From a virus, in IMG/VR virus record IMGVR_UViG_3300032116_000025: DNA of 64,000 bases, one strand, 5' to 3'. Shown here in pieces: positions 46,138-56,390 of the stretch; positions within the stretch are counted from its first letter, which is position 1, and every line of letters begins with the position of its first letter. The notes beneath the pieces were generated by a model. It made no database searches and had not been told where the DNA came from. It saw only the letters and a list, made by a program, of their open reading frames with translations. A program made the translations under genes and the position numbers.

Positions 46138-49100
46138 TCAGCCTAGAACGCCACAGGTAGCAAACATGGTGTAAAGGTACCGAAGCACCGCCACCCGTTT
46201 TTCCTTTCTGGTGTCTAGGCGAGCTGAAATAGCCTGGTCCCGCCTAGCCCGTGTTGCCTCAGCCCCCGTAGTCTCATCTGGATCCCGAATAGTTAGCCCA
46301 AGGATCGTTTGCGGGCGAGTGCCGTCGCCCGGCCCGATGATTCTTCGCAGATCATCAAAGTCTCCAAACGCTCGCGAGTGGAACCCCTCCACTCCTTGAG
46401 TCACAGAACCATCATCTGCAATCTGAAGGTTGGCCGTGCCAAACAGATCCACCATTGAGGCGATTGGGCGCCAAGTATACGCCTTGATAAACTGGTGAAC
46501 GTCAAACTGGTTTAGCTTGACGAGGCTGTAGATTCGCACCAGCTCTTCAGTAGCTTCGCTGATGACACTCCGCTCTTGAGATCCCAAAATAGCGGATCTT
46601 ACGACGCGGTCCTCTGTGGTTGGCGGAGTTCCGGCTGGCCCAAGGATCTCTCCCTCTGCCACAGCAGGTTCTGACGTACCTGGTTGGGGACCAGACGCTG
46701 CCGGGTCGTTAAACTCTCCACGCGCCAACGAGCTGATTAGCGTAGAGAACTCCTCGTTCATGGTTACACGAAGGGTTCTATCTACTCCATCGGCTGGCGT
46801 TGCCGCTCCTGGGTCTGCCCGAGAAGAGTCAGCGCTTCCGGCTACTACGCGAAGTGGGTCTGTGATAGCGCCTACGCTAAAGAAGTAAGCGTACAGGCCG
46901 CCTACCTGCTCAGACCGCCACTGATCCCCGTACCACGGCGGGAAGGTAAGAACCTCGGGGGGCAGGTTAACCGACTCACGCCGGTACGCCCCTAGGTTTT
47001 CTACAATCCGGTACGCGCGGAAAGTAACGAGGGTTTCTGTAGTTACAGATCCACCGCTTCCCGCTGACGCTGACGCATCCCACGGTGCACGGTTTACCGT
47101 AGAAGAATTGTAGAGCCCCCCGGCGCCTACGTAGGCTACGACCTCCGGGCCGTAGTTAGCCGCAGGCTGCTCTATTCCAACACGAACGCGCGTGCCACGG
47201 CGAGCCCGTCCTCGGAATGCAACGTCGTCAATGTAGAGCGGAACAGTGCGGTCAGAAGCTCTGCGGCTTGCTGGAGGCAGCGCCGTGCTGCCAGCCAAAA
47301 CAGTTGTTCCGGTAGCACCGGTGGTCCCTGCGGCACCGGTGCCGGGGGTACTGCTAGGCCCACTAGTCTCCGTTCGGCGCGCGGTTCTTGCCCGAGCTAC
47401 CCTCCGCAGGAACTCAGAGGTGATATCTCTAACCTCTACAATCGTTCCACCCCGAAACCCGACCCCCCCAACCTGCGGCGGGCGTAAGGCCCCAACTTCT
47501 GTGACTACCCGAACGTTGCGGTTTCTTCGGCCTGTTGTTCCTACGTTATCGCCAAGAAACTCCGTGCGCTCACTTGTTGTCCGGGCGTACGACATCTGAA
47601 TCTGCGTCGTGCCCCCAGACTGAGTGTCCAGACTATGGGAGATAAGCTCTGGCGTTCCTAGGTAATGCGTATTGGGCCGAGCTTCCAATACGTCAGAAAG
47701 CACCTCGTAGATTCGGGCGCTTTCCGCGGCCAGCCTTGCGTCTAGCTCAGCTTGCGGAACGCCTGACCGAATGATGCCCTCACCGTCTGCAATCGCTTCT
47801 GCAAGACGCGCGGCTACCGCTGAAGAGTAGGTACTCTCGCGAAGAGAGTCGGTGGGCAAGTACCGGTCAATAACCAGCATGGGAAAGCCCAGCACGCAGT
47901 ACGGGTTGAACTTTCCCGCAAGCTGTAGCTGTCGGCTTTGGAACCGCTGCTGGAAAAAGATGAAGTTGCAGGCTAGCTGGGCATAGCCAAGCCGAACGTT
48001 CTCGACATCGTAGTAACCCCCTCGCAGTGCGTGAAGGTTTAGGTCGCTCATGCGCTCAAACGCTGGAATGATCCCTGTGTAAAGTTCGTGATCCATGAGA
48101 TCACGGCGAATATGCAGGGGATAGTCGGCGTTTGTAAGCTCCGGGTCCCGCGCAGTAACCGGCGGACGCGTACCAGACCGCGCCCCCGACAACCTTGACG
48201 GAGCCATGTAAAAGCCGTCAAACAGAATATCGCTGCCAAAGAACGCAGAGTGCGTCCGAAGCAAGAGGCGAGAAGTCTCCTGCATGTAGTTACGGCTGTA
48301 GCTAAAGTTGCTGTACAGCTCGGGGAAGATGACGTTGCACCGGGGAGGTGCAACCATCCAAGCATTGGGGCGGTAGATCTGAGTAAGTAGCCTAGGCGGA
48401 GGATCAGGCTGCTGGGTAGTGCGCTGGATCCTGCGGCGAACGCTTGCGCGCAAGACGTCTTCCATAAGCCCAATGATCTCGTCAAGGATACGAGATACGT
48501 CGCTGGAGGTTGGGCTTGTGTTGACGGGGAGAACCCGGCGGTCTCCCGGGACGCGAAGCATTGAGCCAATGCCCCCGGTGCGCCCTCCCCACCGCTCTGA
48601 CGCAGTCTCAAAGTTCGCAGCGACTGTCGGTATCCCCCAGAAGTCTGTCAGAGGACTTCCCGCCCGCCCTCGGCCGACCGCGCGAGCTAGGCGCGACGCA
48701 CGAACACACACCCTGTTCTGGTTTAGCAACTCTGCGCGGAGTCCACCTCGGAGGTTGCTCTCACGCAAAGCATCATCCGCGGTGTTACAGCGAGCTAGGC
48801 GCTCTTTTAGGTCTAGCGCCCTGCTCTTTACCCGATCCGCGATCCTAGCAAGCGGGGCGGTTTCCTCGTCTTGGTCAATGGTGTGCGTTTCGTAGCGAGG
48901 AATGTTGGGATCGTAAAGCGGCGGAATATACCGGGGCGAGGTGATCGGAATAATCTCGTGAAAGATGTAGCGCTGAAGCGCTAGCAGGATTTGCCTGATG
49001 GATACAAGGCGGCCAAGCCCGGCTAGATTCCGACGAAATAGCGAGCCAAAGCCGTTGGCCCGCATGAGGCGCTGCTCATCCCGGTTTGTGTAAGGGCTTG

Positions 49101-49854
49101 CTCCCACCATTTGGGTCAGGTGGAGTCGGATTTCAGCAAGACTAAAGAAATCGTTTACGCCACGGATCGCTCGCCTACCGTAATACACGCCACCGATCGC
49201 CTCAATGACGTGCATTAGTCCGGCCATGAGCGTTCCGCTCATGTTCGGGTACGAACGTGGAGGGGTGTTCATGATGCGGCTGACGATGTCCGCGCTTCCC
49301 TCAAGGAAGTCGTTAAACACCGTAGTAGACGCGCCCGTAAACGCTCCCCGAATACCAGCCCCGCCAAGGCTAAAACCAGAGACCTGGTACTGGTAGGCAA
49401 TGTCCCAGTAGCTAGACCAATCTAGGCACTGAAGAGTGATGCTTCGGGACATGGGTGACTTACTAAACCCAAACCCAACAACCTCTCCACCAAAGATCAG
49501 CTTGTAGTTCTCGTTTAGTAGATCTGTCTCGTCTTGATCTGGCGTGCTTTCAAACCGCTCAGGGGGAAAAAGGCCAGCCAACTCTGGATCAACCCCGTCC
49601 TCCCGTGCAGACACGAATGTCCCAGGAGCCCCAATGCTAACGACATCTGCCGGCGGGACGCCGTTGTAGATGTCGTACATAAACAAGTGTACGAGGGTCC
49701 TAGGCCTTAAGTCTAAGGCATAGTCATTTGCTGGAATCTGGATAGACGCTACGGCGGGTGAGTTCTTTTGGGACTGAATCTGTGCCGATACAACAGGCAC
49801 CTCAACGCCCTCAAGAAACAGCCGCAGTCGAAGTAGGTGTCCGTAGACGGCCAT
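46138..49854 (-). CDS. Large baseplate hub-like protein
   Basis: 1238 aa; LRLFLEGVEVPV, IFGGEV.G...SITLQC.D; second gene after the tape-measure module. Confidence 0.55.
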   Translation of the reverse strand: MAVYGHLLRLRLFLEGVEVPVVSAQIQSQKNSPAVASIQIPANDYALDLRPRTLVHLFMYDIYNGVPPADVVSIGAPGTFVSAREDGVDPELAGLFPPERFESTPDQDETDLLNENYKLIFGGEVVGFGFSKSPMSRSITLQCLDWSSYWDIAYQYQVSGFSLGGAGIRGAFTGASTTVFNDFLEGSADIVSRIMNTPPRSYPNMSGTLMAGLMHVIEAIGGVYYGRRAIRGVNDFFSLAEIRLHLTQMVGASPYTNRDEQRLMRANGFGSLFRRNLAGLGRLVSIRQILLALQRYIFHEIIPITSPRYIPPLYDPNIPRYETHTIDQDEETAPLARIADRVKSRALDLKERLARCNTADDALRESNLRGGLRAELLNQNRVCVRASRLARAVGRGRAGSPLTDFWGIPTVAANFETASERWGGRTGGIGSMLRVPGDRRVLPVNTSPTSSDVSRILDEIIGLMEDVLRASVRRRIQRTTQQPDPPPRLLTQIYRPNAWMVAPPRCNVIFPELYSNFSYSRNYMQETSRLLLRTHSAFFGSDILFDGFYMAPSRLSGARSGTRPPVTARDPELTNADYPLHIRRDLMDHELYTGIIPAFERMSDLNLHALRGGYYDVENVRLGYAQLACNFIFFQQRFQSRQLQLAGKFNPYCVLGFPMLVIDRYLPTDSLRESTYSSAVAARLAEAIADGEGIIRSGVPQAELDARLAAESARIYEVLSDVLEARPNTHYLGTPELISHSLDTQSGGTTQIQMSYARTTSERTEFLGDNVGTTGRRNRNVRVVTEVGALRPPQVGGVGFRGGTIVEVRDITSEFLRRVARARTARRTETSGPSSTPGTGAAGTTGATGTTVLAGSTALPPASRRASDRTVPLYIDDVAFRGRARRGTRVRVGIEQPAANYGPEVVAYVGAGGLYNSSTVNRAPWDASASAGSGGSVTTETLVTFRAYRIVENLGAYRRESVNLPPEVLTFPPWYGDQWRSEQVGGLYAYFFSVGAITDPLRVVAGSADSSRADPGAATPADGVDRTLRVTMNEEFSTLISSLARGEFNDPAASGPQPGTSEPAVAEGEILGPAGTPPTTEDRVVRSAILGSQERSVISEATEELVRIYSLVKLNQFDVHQFIKAYTWRPIASMVDLFGTANLQIADDGSVTQGVEGFHSRAFGDFDDLRRIIGPGDGTRPQTILGLTIRDPDETTGAEATRARRDQAISARLDTRKEKRVAVLRYLYTMFATCGVLG

Positions 49855-49858
49855 TAGA

Positions 49859-51088
49859 TCAGAGCCCCAGGTTGGCTACGTTTTGTGCTTGAGCAACAGC
49901 CTCTGGGCTTAAAGACCCACCAGCCTGCCGGTACCCAAACGCCCCAAAGGTTCGTCGTGCTGCAAAAGCTCCTGCGCCTAGCAGCATCGCCGAGACGCTA
50001 CGACCAGTAGCATCTACGCCAAACTTCTTTAGTACCTGCTGAGCCTTTTCCTCAAGCGCCTCTGGAGAGTTCAACCTAAGCTGCTCCTGAACTCTGGCCG
50101 TTTCGGCGTCATCAACCAGCAGCGGCGAAGGCTCTCGAACCACATACTCGTCAAAGTTCTCGTAATACGGCACGCCTACCGGAGGAGCCGAAAACTGCGC
50201 TTGGTTTGCAAGTGTGTTGGCCCTGGACCAAATGCCCCGCGGGTTAGTAAGCGGATCGGGCGGATTAAAGAACGTGTCCCGGTACTGCTGAACTGTCCGT
50301 TGAATAGTCACGGAGGCATCCAACGCAAACCGCCGCATCTGCGCTAGGTTTGCGTTTAGGCCCGCGCTTCCCGGAGAGTTTCTACTTGCTGCCGCAGCAG
50401 TTGCTGCTGCTCCTTCTGGCGTATCCGGGGCAATCCCGCCTTCAGGAATAGGGGAAGCCCCAACTTCTTCTTCCGTAAACGTCATGTCCGCGTTACGCCA
50501 GTTAGTGATTCCAGGGCGGCTCAGGTCCGCGTACTGGCACACGTACATCTGGAACTGAAACTGGACGTGATACGGAGAGTCTGAAGCGTAGTTGACGCTT
50601 GATTGCAGAATGTAGCCCTCTACGACGAGATCATCAAAGTACAAGTAAAGACGAGCGTTTTGCTCCACAAGACGTGTACCTCGAAGGTGCCTCTCGTAGT
50701 TCTCCAAAAACTCGTTTTTCCAGTTGAAGTCTTTGGTGTTGAGCAGCACCCCGGCAAACGTCATGATCCGGGGACGCTCTCCAAAGAAGAAGATGTAGTC
50801 CTCGCCAAAGGTTTCTACGATCTGCTGCTTCTCTACCCGCTGCTCAGAAACTTGCTGAAGAATGAAGTTTGAGTACCTGGTGCTGTACCCGACCCCGTCT
50901 TCGCTGTCAGCGCTGGAGCTGTCAAAGATAGGGATCTCCTCGCCAGTAGCCTTGATGACCCGGATGACCGCGTACGTGTCTTCCTTGATCTCAATTCCGC
51001 GAAGAGGTCGGCGGACGTTCTCGTAGGTCTGTGTCTCTCGGCCTACGTCGGAGAACGCGTCGGTAGCCACCGTAATGTAGACAGCCAT
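49859..51088 (-). CDS. Tail tube initiator / baseplate hub-associated protein
   Basis: EKQQIVETFGEDYIFFFGERP..FAGVL, VEGYI, FQFQM; downstream of the tape measure gene. Confidence 0.5.
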   Translation of the reverse strand: MAVYITVATDAFSDVGRETQTYENVRRPLRGIEIKEDTYAVIRVIKATGEEIPIFDSSSADSEDGVGYSTRYSNFILQQVSEQRVEKQQIVETFGEDYIFFFGERPRIMTFAGVLLNTKDFNWKNEFLENYERHLRGTRLVEQNARLYLYFDDLVVEGYILQSSVNYASDSPYHVQFQFQMYVCQYADLSRPGITNWRNADMTFTEEEVGASPIPEGGIAPDTPEGAAATAAAASRNSPGSAGLNANLAQMRRFALDASVTIQRTVQQYRDTFFNPPDPLTNPRGIWSRANTLANQAQFSAPPVGVPYYENFDEYVVREPSPLLVDDAETARVQEQLRLNSPEALEEKAQQVLKKFGVDATGRSVSAMLLGAGAFAARRTFGAFGYRQAGGSLSPEAVAQAQNVANLGL

Positions 51089-51113
51089 GCGTGTAGCCTA
51101 TCAGCAGGCGGAC

Positions 51114-51692
51114 ATGACTACCATGACTAACTCAGAAAAGCCCGCAAGGCATAACTGCCCCTGGACCGAGGAAGAAGACCACCTACTTCACTTTTACTGG
51201 GGAGCTAGAGCCGTACCGTGGATCGCAAACAAGCTCAAACGGTCGGCCTGGTCTGTCACGCGTCGCGCCTTAGAGTTAGATCTTGGGCCGTTTGAGCGCG
51301 GAACTCTTAGCATGAAGCAGTTTTGCGAAAGAAGCGGGTTCCTACAGCATCAAGTGCTGCGCGTAGCTAGAAGCCTGAACATGATCATTCGCAGAGCGCA
51401 GCCCGGAAGCCCCCTAGCGCCAAGGCCAAAGCGGAGATACGCGATCGACGATGATCAGCAAGAGGCGCTTCTTGAGGGGCTTCTCAAAGTTACAGAAAAA
51501 TCATCCCACGTATACAGGGACAAACCCGGCGACGCACGATCCACAAAAGGAAAGTGGGGCGTAGGCAAGAAGCCACCAGCGTGTCTCCGATGCGCCACGA
51601 ACGAGCGTCCCCACTGTAGCTTAGGCTTGTGCTCCAGCTGCTATAACCGGCGGTACAAGAGTCCTAAACCGTCAAGTTCGTCCGGATCATAA
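51114..51692 (+). CDS. Myb/HTH-like DNA-binding protein with C-terminal zinc finger, antisense to tail genes
   Basis: WTEEEDHLL...IANKLKRS..SV..RA..L; CxxC-x6-H-x4-CxxC. Confidence 0.65.
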   Translation: MTTMTNSEKPARHNCPWTEEEDHLLHFYWGARAVPWIANKLKRSAWSVTRRALELDLGPFERGTLSMKQFCERSGFLQHQVLRVARSLNMIIRRAQPGSPLAPRPKRRYAIDDDQQEALLEGLLKVTEKSSHVYRDKPGDARSTKGKWGVGKKPPACLRCATNERPHCSLGLCSSCYNRRYKSPKPSSSSGS

Positions 51693-51870
51693 AGTCTTTT
51701 ACTTCTCGGGGCACGGGAGTCCAAAGGTCTTCCCGCGTCACCCTGCGATGCAAAGAAGCCGCGATGGCTACGTTGAGCGTGTCTTCCGGGCCAATGGCAT
51801 CCATGGCCTGGACTGTCACGCTTCTTTTGCCTACAGCAAACTTTAACTGAAGAAACGTTCTTTGCGTCAT
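51664..51870 (-). CDS. Small hypothetical protein
   Basis: 68 aa; ATGA overlap with the tape-measure stop. Confidence 0.45.
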   Translation of the reverse strand: MTQRTFLQLKFAVGKRSVTVQAMDAIGPEDTLNVAIAASLHRRVTREDLWTPVPREVKDFMIRTNLTV

Positions 51871-54800
51871 GGCGCTGTCCCCGGCGGTACAGGCGGATCG
51901 CGAGGAGGATCATCCTCTCCGCCAAACCACGAAGTTGCTCTAGCAACCTCGCGACCAACTGTGCGGGCCAACTCGGCGTTCTCCCTCGCGCGCGTAGAAG
52001 AGTCTGCCATTCTGGATTCGATGCCAGCTTGAATCTGCCTAAGCAAGTCATTTCGCTCTGCGTCAAGCGGAGACGAGGCCCTTGCCGCTTGCAGAGAGTC
52101 TTCTGCGGCGCCCTCCCTAACCTTGCTCATGCCTTCGACGTCACCGACACCGCCAACAACCTCGCCCGCAGCGTTACGGCCACCAATCAGGTTGACAATC
52201 TCCTCTTGCGACAAGCCGCGTCCGCCGTCGCGAAGCGATCCAAGAGCAGACTCCAGCCGACCCCGAATGTCGTTCACCGAATCGGCCGACATCGTGCCGT
52301 CGCTCCGGTTTGTCAGCGAGGTCATCATCTGCTCGATGATCTGATTTGCGTTGCCACCGCCCCTCATAAGCATATCCATGGCGCGGGTGCCGCTGACAGA
52401 CGTCTCTTCGCCGTTACGTCCACGGACTGTAAAGTCCATTGAACCGAAGGTGTTGCCGGTGGCTTCTGCAAGAACGGTCTCAATTGCCTGCCGGCGGCCA
52501 CGACGACCGCGACCCGAAAGCGCCCGTTCCCGCTCTCTTCGGTTCTCTGCGGCCATCGATATGCCGCTGATAATTCCGCTACCGGCCTCGTCGTCTCCAA
52601 CCGACGCGCGCATGCTACGCATAACATCGCGGTAGGCGGATTCACCTTCCGACGTAGTTCGATCGGCGTGGGCCAGCTCAAGTATAAGATTGTTTACGGA
52701 CGCGTTACCAGACCGATCGCTTTCTTCCGTCCCTAGGCCAGCTGCGGCTAGCCCGAAAGCTTCGCCTGCGCGACCAGCAAGGCCCCCTATCCGTGCCGAC
52801 AGAGAGCCCTCTGCTCCGCGCATGTTGCGCATCGCACTTTCAATCGCGCGGTAAGTACCTCCTGTTTGAGACTGTTGCCGCCGAATAGCAGCTTCCCGGG
52901 CTCTGCCCTCTGGACCGCGCGCGATATAAATTGCCTCTGAGCCAATCCCTCCCCTAACATTAATGTTTTCTTCCATTTGTGCATACATAGCAAGGGCCGC
53001 TTGTTGCTGCGCAGGATCCTCTAGCCGCATAGCGGCTTCCCTTGCGGCCACAAGTTGCTCACCAAGAGCCTCCCTGTTACCGGTAAGGTTACTCATAGTT
53101 GCAACGCGCGACCTAAAGTCTTCAGAACTAGCAAAGGATTCTAAAGCTTCGCGATTTACACCCCTGAGCCTATGAAGAAGCTCTGTGTCTCCCCGCTCTC
53201 CAGTGGTCATGCGACGCGTTGCAGCTTCGCGAGATCTGCGAAGCGTGCTTGCAAAAACTACGTGATCGCCACGCACGGTATCGCCAAACTCGTGCGCACC
53301 GGTCACCATGTCTCTAGCGCGCTCAACTCTTGATTGAAACTCGCTGCCTAGCCTTCTTCCAAGGTGTCCACCGCTAGCCACAAAGTTCAGCGCGTTTGTG
53401 TAATTAGCCTCTCCCCCAGCAAGACCCTCCATAAACGAGTCCACCATGCCGGGACCGCTAGACCCAGTAACTTCGCTGGTACCAGTGGGCATCGTGTACC
53501 GAGAACCACTCATGAAAGCCAAGGCGGCCCTTCGATCCATTCCAGCAGGGAGGTAGTCAAGCATTCTATTGCTATCCGTACCCCCCGCTAAGCGGGCGCG
53601 CGCAATTGCGTTAACCGTACCTGCACGATCGCTCATCATTCCTTCTAGAGCTGTGCGGGCTTCGTCGTAGACGACGCCTTGACGCGCAAGGCTGCTTAAA
53701 CGTAGTTCCTCGCGAACGCGGGTGTCGTCCATGCCGGCCGTGTACCCGGCGATTCTGCCTCCTCGGCCTCTGACAGTTCTTGGCCCAATGTTTATTCCCT
53801 CGTGAGCCAACACTTCGGCCCCGGTCTCCCGCGTATGGAACCCCATGCCGTGAAGTAAGTTTTCCCCGAGAGACCTACGAGATAGGGATTCTTGAAGAGA
53901 GTACCCGCCCCCAGAAGCAGTGGCGCCAGCAGACCCTGTGCCGCTGGTCATAAACGCGATGTTTCTGATGTCTTCAGCGGTAGCCCGACCAACAGACATC
54001 CGTGCCAACGCCCCGCGATCTGAAGCAGTTAAGCTGTCTGAGGTAATCCCCAAAAACGCGTTACCAGCACGCTCGAACGCGCTAGATAGACGCGTGGCAA
54101 ACCTGCGCCCCATCTCTCGTGCGGCAGTTAATCCCGTAGCGTCCGACAGGCCGTGCTCAATGTTACGCGTGAACGCCTCAAAGCTGCGGTTCTGCTCAAT
54201 GTCGGTCCTCATCGCTACTTCTCGCGCTGATGAGATCCGACCAATGTTTTCCTGCTCAGCGATGACCCCTTGATTCCGCATCAAGCCCATCATCACTCCG
54301 GCCTCAGACCGGCTCATCCGAAAACGCCGCTGCATTACTAGCTGAGCTAGGTCATCCCCAGAGTCTAGGACACGGTCTCCTACTGTAAGCCGCATCATTC
54401 CGATTTGAGCGGCGAGTCCTCCCTCTTCCATGACCGCGCCACGAAGTAACCCTTCGCGGTTTAGCGCACGAGCGCGGCCCATCCGCCCTACGTTTCTGTG
54501 GGCGGCGCGGGAGACTTCGCTAACAGACAGATCTCCCGACCGGAATCGGTCCATCATATCTTCGTCAAGGCCGGTACCGTTTGCGTTAGACAGCGCAAAT
54601 AGGCTGTAACGCCCCATGGCCCGACGACTAAACGCGCCGGATCTGCTGAGAATGTTGGACGTAAAGGCGGACATTGCGTCGGTGCCCGTGAGTCCTCCAG
54701 TAGCTTCTGAGAGCATTTCTTGGTTGATCGCTCCGCTTTGAACGGCAGCACCAAGAGTCTGAGCAACCCGGACAGCGCCCATCGCGCCTTGCCTACCAAC

Positions 54801-55721
54801 TCCTCCGTAGGCTCGGGAGATCTGAGACCCCTGCGCAGCTAGCGCAACCAGCTGGTTACGATCCATGCCAGAAACGGCTTCGGCAGTTCGGATCTCAGCA
54901 GCAAAGTTGACTCGGTCTGCGTTCTGAAAGATGCCTGCCTGCTGAGACGATCGCACAAACTGCAACGCGTCGGTCAACGTGCCGCCCAGCTCGCGCTGCA
55001 CGTTTTTCAGCGTATCAAGCATCCTTCGGAAGTTTTGAGTAAACTGCTGAACGTCACGGACGCCGGTAAACATGCCAGCGTCCGCACCCATAGACACCAG
55101 GTTATTCAGCTCACCCATGTTTGTGACGCCGCGAGATCGCGCAACTTCACTTGACAGCATTCCGCCAATCTGACCCATTTGGGCTTGACCAAAACCTCGG
55201 CCAAACGCCCCGCCTCCTCCGTAAAAGTTGAAGTTGTTACGAAGGACTGAGTTGGTGACGGCTTGGTCGTTGATACCGCCAGTAAAAGCGTTGTAGTACG
55301 CACCAGCTGCTTTGGTTGCTCCGTAGATGCCTAACCCAATGGCGCCGCCCAACGCTGCTCCGCCTAATGCCCCGCCCGCACCAGCGGAAAGGCCGCCCAT
55401 CAAAGCTCCGCTAAGCGGGTCCATAGGAATGCCCGCAAGCATCCCAACGGTGCTGAGGCCAACGCCTCCTACGGCACCGGCCGTCCGACCATAGTTGGCT
55501 AGGCGCATTGCCGTCTGTTCGCCGTACATGCCGTGCTGCCCCGGCCCGGTCGCCATGAAAGACGTTGGCGGCGGAGGAGCCCTATACGGAGACGGCCCCA
55601 TTCCATAGCCGCCGGTCATGGCGCCTGGGCCAAAGCCCGACGCATACCCACCGTATCCCTGGAACATGCCGAGCTGCTGCCCGACCATTCCGGAGATCAT
55701 GCTAGACGTATAGACGGTCAC
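51867..55721 (-). CDS. Tape measure-like protein
   Basis: 1284 aa, Gly/Ala/Met-rich and helical with hydrophobic Gly-rich stretches; upstream of hub/baseplate genes. Confidence 0.7.
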   Translation of the reverse strand: MTVYTSSMISGMVGQQLGMFQGYGGYASGFGPGAMTGGYGMGPSPYRAPPPPTSFMATGPGQHGMYGEQTAMRLANYGRTAGAVGGVGLSTVGMLAGIPMDPLSGALMGGLSAGAGGALGGAALGGAIGLGIYGATKAAGAYYNAFTGGINDQAVTNSVLRNNFNFYGGGGAFGRGFGQAQMGQIGGMLSSEVARSRGVTNMGELNNLVSMGADAGMFTGVRDVQQFTQNFRRMLDTLKNVQRELGGTLTDALQFVRSSQQAGIFQNADRVNFAAEIRTAEAVSGMDRNQLVALAAQGSQISRAYGGVGRQGAMGAVRVAQTLGAAVQSGAINQEMLSEATGGLTGTDAMSAFTSNILSRSGAFSRRAMGRYSLFALSNANGTGLDEDMMDRFRSGDLSVSEVSRAAHRNVGRMGRARALNREGLLRGAVMEEGGLAAQIGMMRLTVGDRVLDSGDDLAQLVMQRRFRMSRSEAGVMMGLMRNQGVIAEQENIGRISSAREVAMRTDIEQNRSFEAFTRNIEHGLSDATGLTAAREMGRRFATRLSSAFERAGNAFLGITSDSLTASDRGALARMSVGRATAEDIRNIAFMTSGTGSAGATASGGGYSLQESLSRRSLGENLLHGMGFHTRETGAEVLAHEGINIGPRTVRGRGGRIAGYTAGMDDTRVREELRLSSLARQGVVYDEARTALEGMMSDRAGTVNAIARARLAGGTDSNRMLDYLPAGMDRRAALAFMSGSRYTMPTGTSEVTGSSGPGMVDSFMEGLAGGEANYTNALNFVASGGHLGRRLGSEFQSRVERARDMVTGAHEFGDTVRGDHVVFASTLRRSREAATRRMTTGERGDTELLHRLRGVNREALESFASSEDFRSRVATMSNLTGNREALGEQLVAAREAAMRLEDPAQQQAALAMYAQMEENINVRGGIGSEAIYIARGPEGRAREAAIRRQQSQTGGTYRAIESAMRNMRGAEGSLSARIGGLAGRAGEAFGLAAAGLGTEESDRSGNASVNNLILELAHADRTTSEGESAYRDVMRSMRASVGDDEAGSGIISGISMAAENRRERERALSGRGRRGRRQAIETVLAEATGNTFGSMDFTVRGRNGEETSVSGTRAMDMLMRGGGNANQIIEQMMTSLTNRSDGTMSADSVNDIRGRLESALGSLRDGGRGLSQEEIVNLIGGRNAAGEVVGGVGDVEGMSKVREGAAEDSLQAARASSPLDAERNDLLRQIQAGIESRMADSSTRARENAELARTVGREVARATSWFGGEDDPPRDPPVPPGTAP

Positions 55722-55777
55722 GGCAGTAAGTGTAGACGAACTGGAGCGGTTCGCCTATTAGACATTGAAGGAGTTTT

Positions 55778-56065
55778 ATGTCCGACACCCAGAACGCCGA
55801 AGAGAAGCCCACCCAGCAGCACCCCACGTTTGTGCCCGTTGCCCTGTTTGACTCGGGAGAGACCCGGTTACTTATGGGAACGTACGACTCAGAGGGAGGC
55901 ACTCAGGCATGCTTCCAGATCATGACACTTCGCCGACCAGACGTTCCTGAAAGTTCTTACACCGTGGCTGAGCTTGCCGCGTTACGAGAGCTAATCAACA
56001 TCGCGCTCCGAGAGGCGGTAGCAATGACCTCCCAGGTGTTTCGCCAAGAGACCAAGGAAGGTTGA
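55778..56065 (+). CDS. Hypothetical protein, divergent from the tape measure gene
   Basis: RBS AAGGAG; own terminator. Confidence 0.75.
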   Translation: MSDTQNAEEKPTQQHPTFVPVALFDSGETRLLMGTYDSEGGTQACFQIMTLRRPDVPESSYTVAELAALRELINIALREAVAMTSQVFRQETKEG

Positions 56066-56073
56066 GTAAAACG

Positions 56074-56106
56074 GAAAAGGGCCCCCGTGGGGGGCCCTTT
56101 TCTTTT
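56074..56106. terminator. Bidirectional intrinsic terminator
   Basis: GAAAAGGGCCCCC-GTG-GGGGGCCCTTTTC-TTTT between convergent genes. Confidence 0.9.
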
Positions 56107-56110
56107 GCCT

Positions 56111-56389
56111 TCAATCTTGTTCGACCTGGATTTCGGTCTGCTCTCTGAGCGCCGACTGGTGCTTGGGTCGCTTGCCTACGTTTTCTACGTAACGCACAAC
56201 GATAGATCGGCAGACTTCGCAGAGGTCTTCAAACTCAACAAGAGTCTCCCCGTCGAGGCGAATCTCAAGCGCGGAAGCCGGTTTCTTTCCCGACTTTGCC
56301 TGCGCAACCGCCTCATCAAGGGTAATCGGCTTCTGCTCTACGCGGGGACATCGGGCGCACTGCTTGTTTAAGCTTAGAGAGAAGCCCAT
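56111..56389 (-). CDS. Small zinc-finger-like protein
   Basis: CARC...DLCEVC. Confidence 0.65.
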   Translation of the reverse strand: MGFSLSLNKQCARCPRVEQKPITLDEAVAQAKSGKKPASALEIRLDGETLVEFEDLCEVCRSIVVRYVENVGKRPKHQSALREQTEIQVEQD

Positions 56390-56390
56390 A

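Noticed and set aside
47300-47360. GTGAAGTTGATGTT peptide stretch in the hub-like protein as a collagen repeat
   Set aside because: Only a few G-x-x triplets; better read as a low-complexity linker
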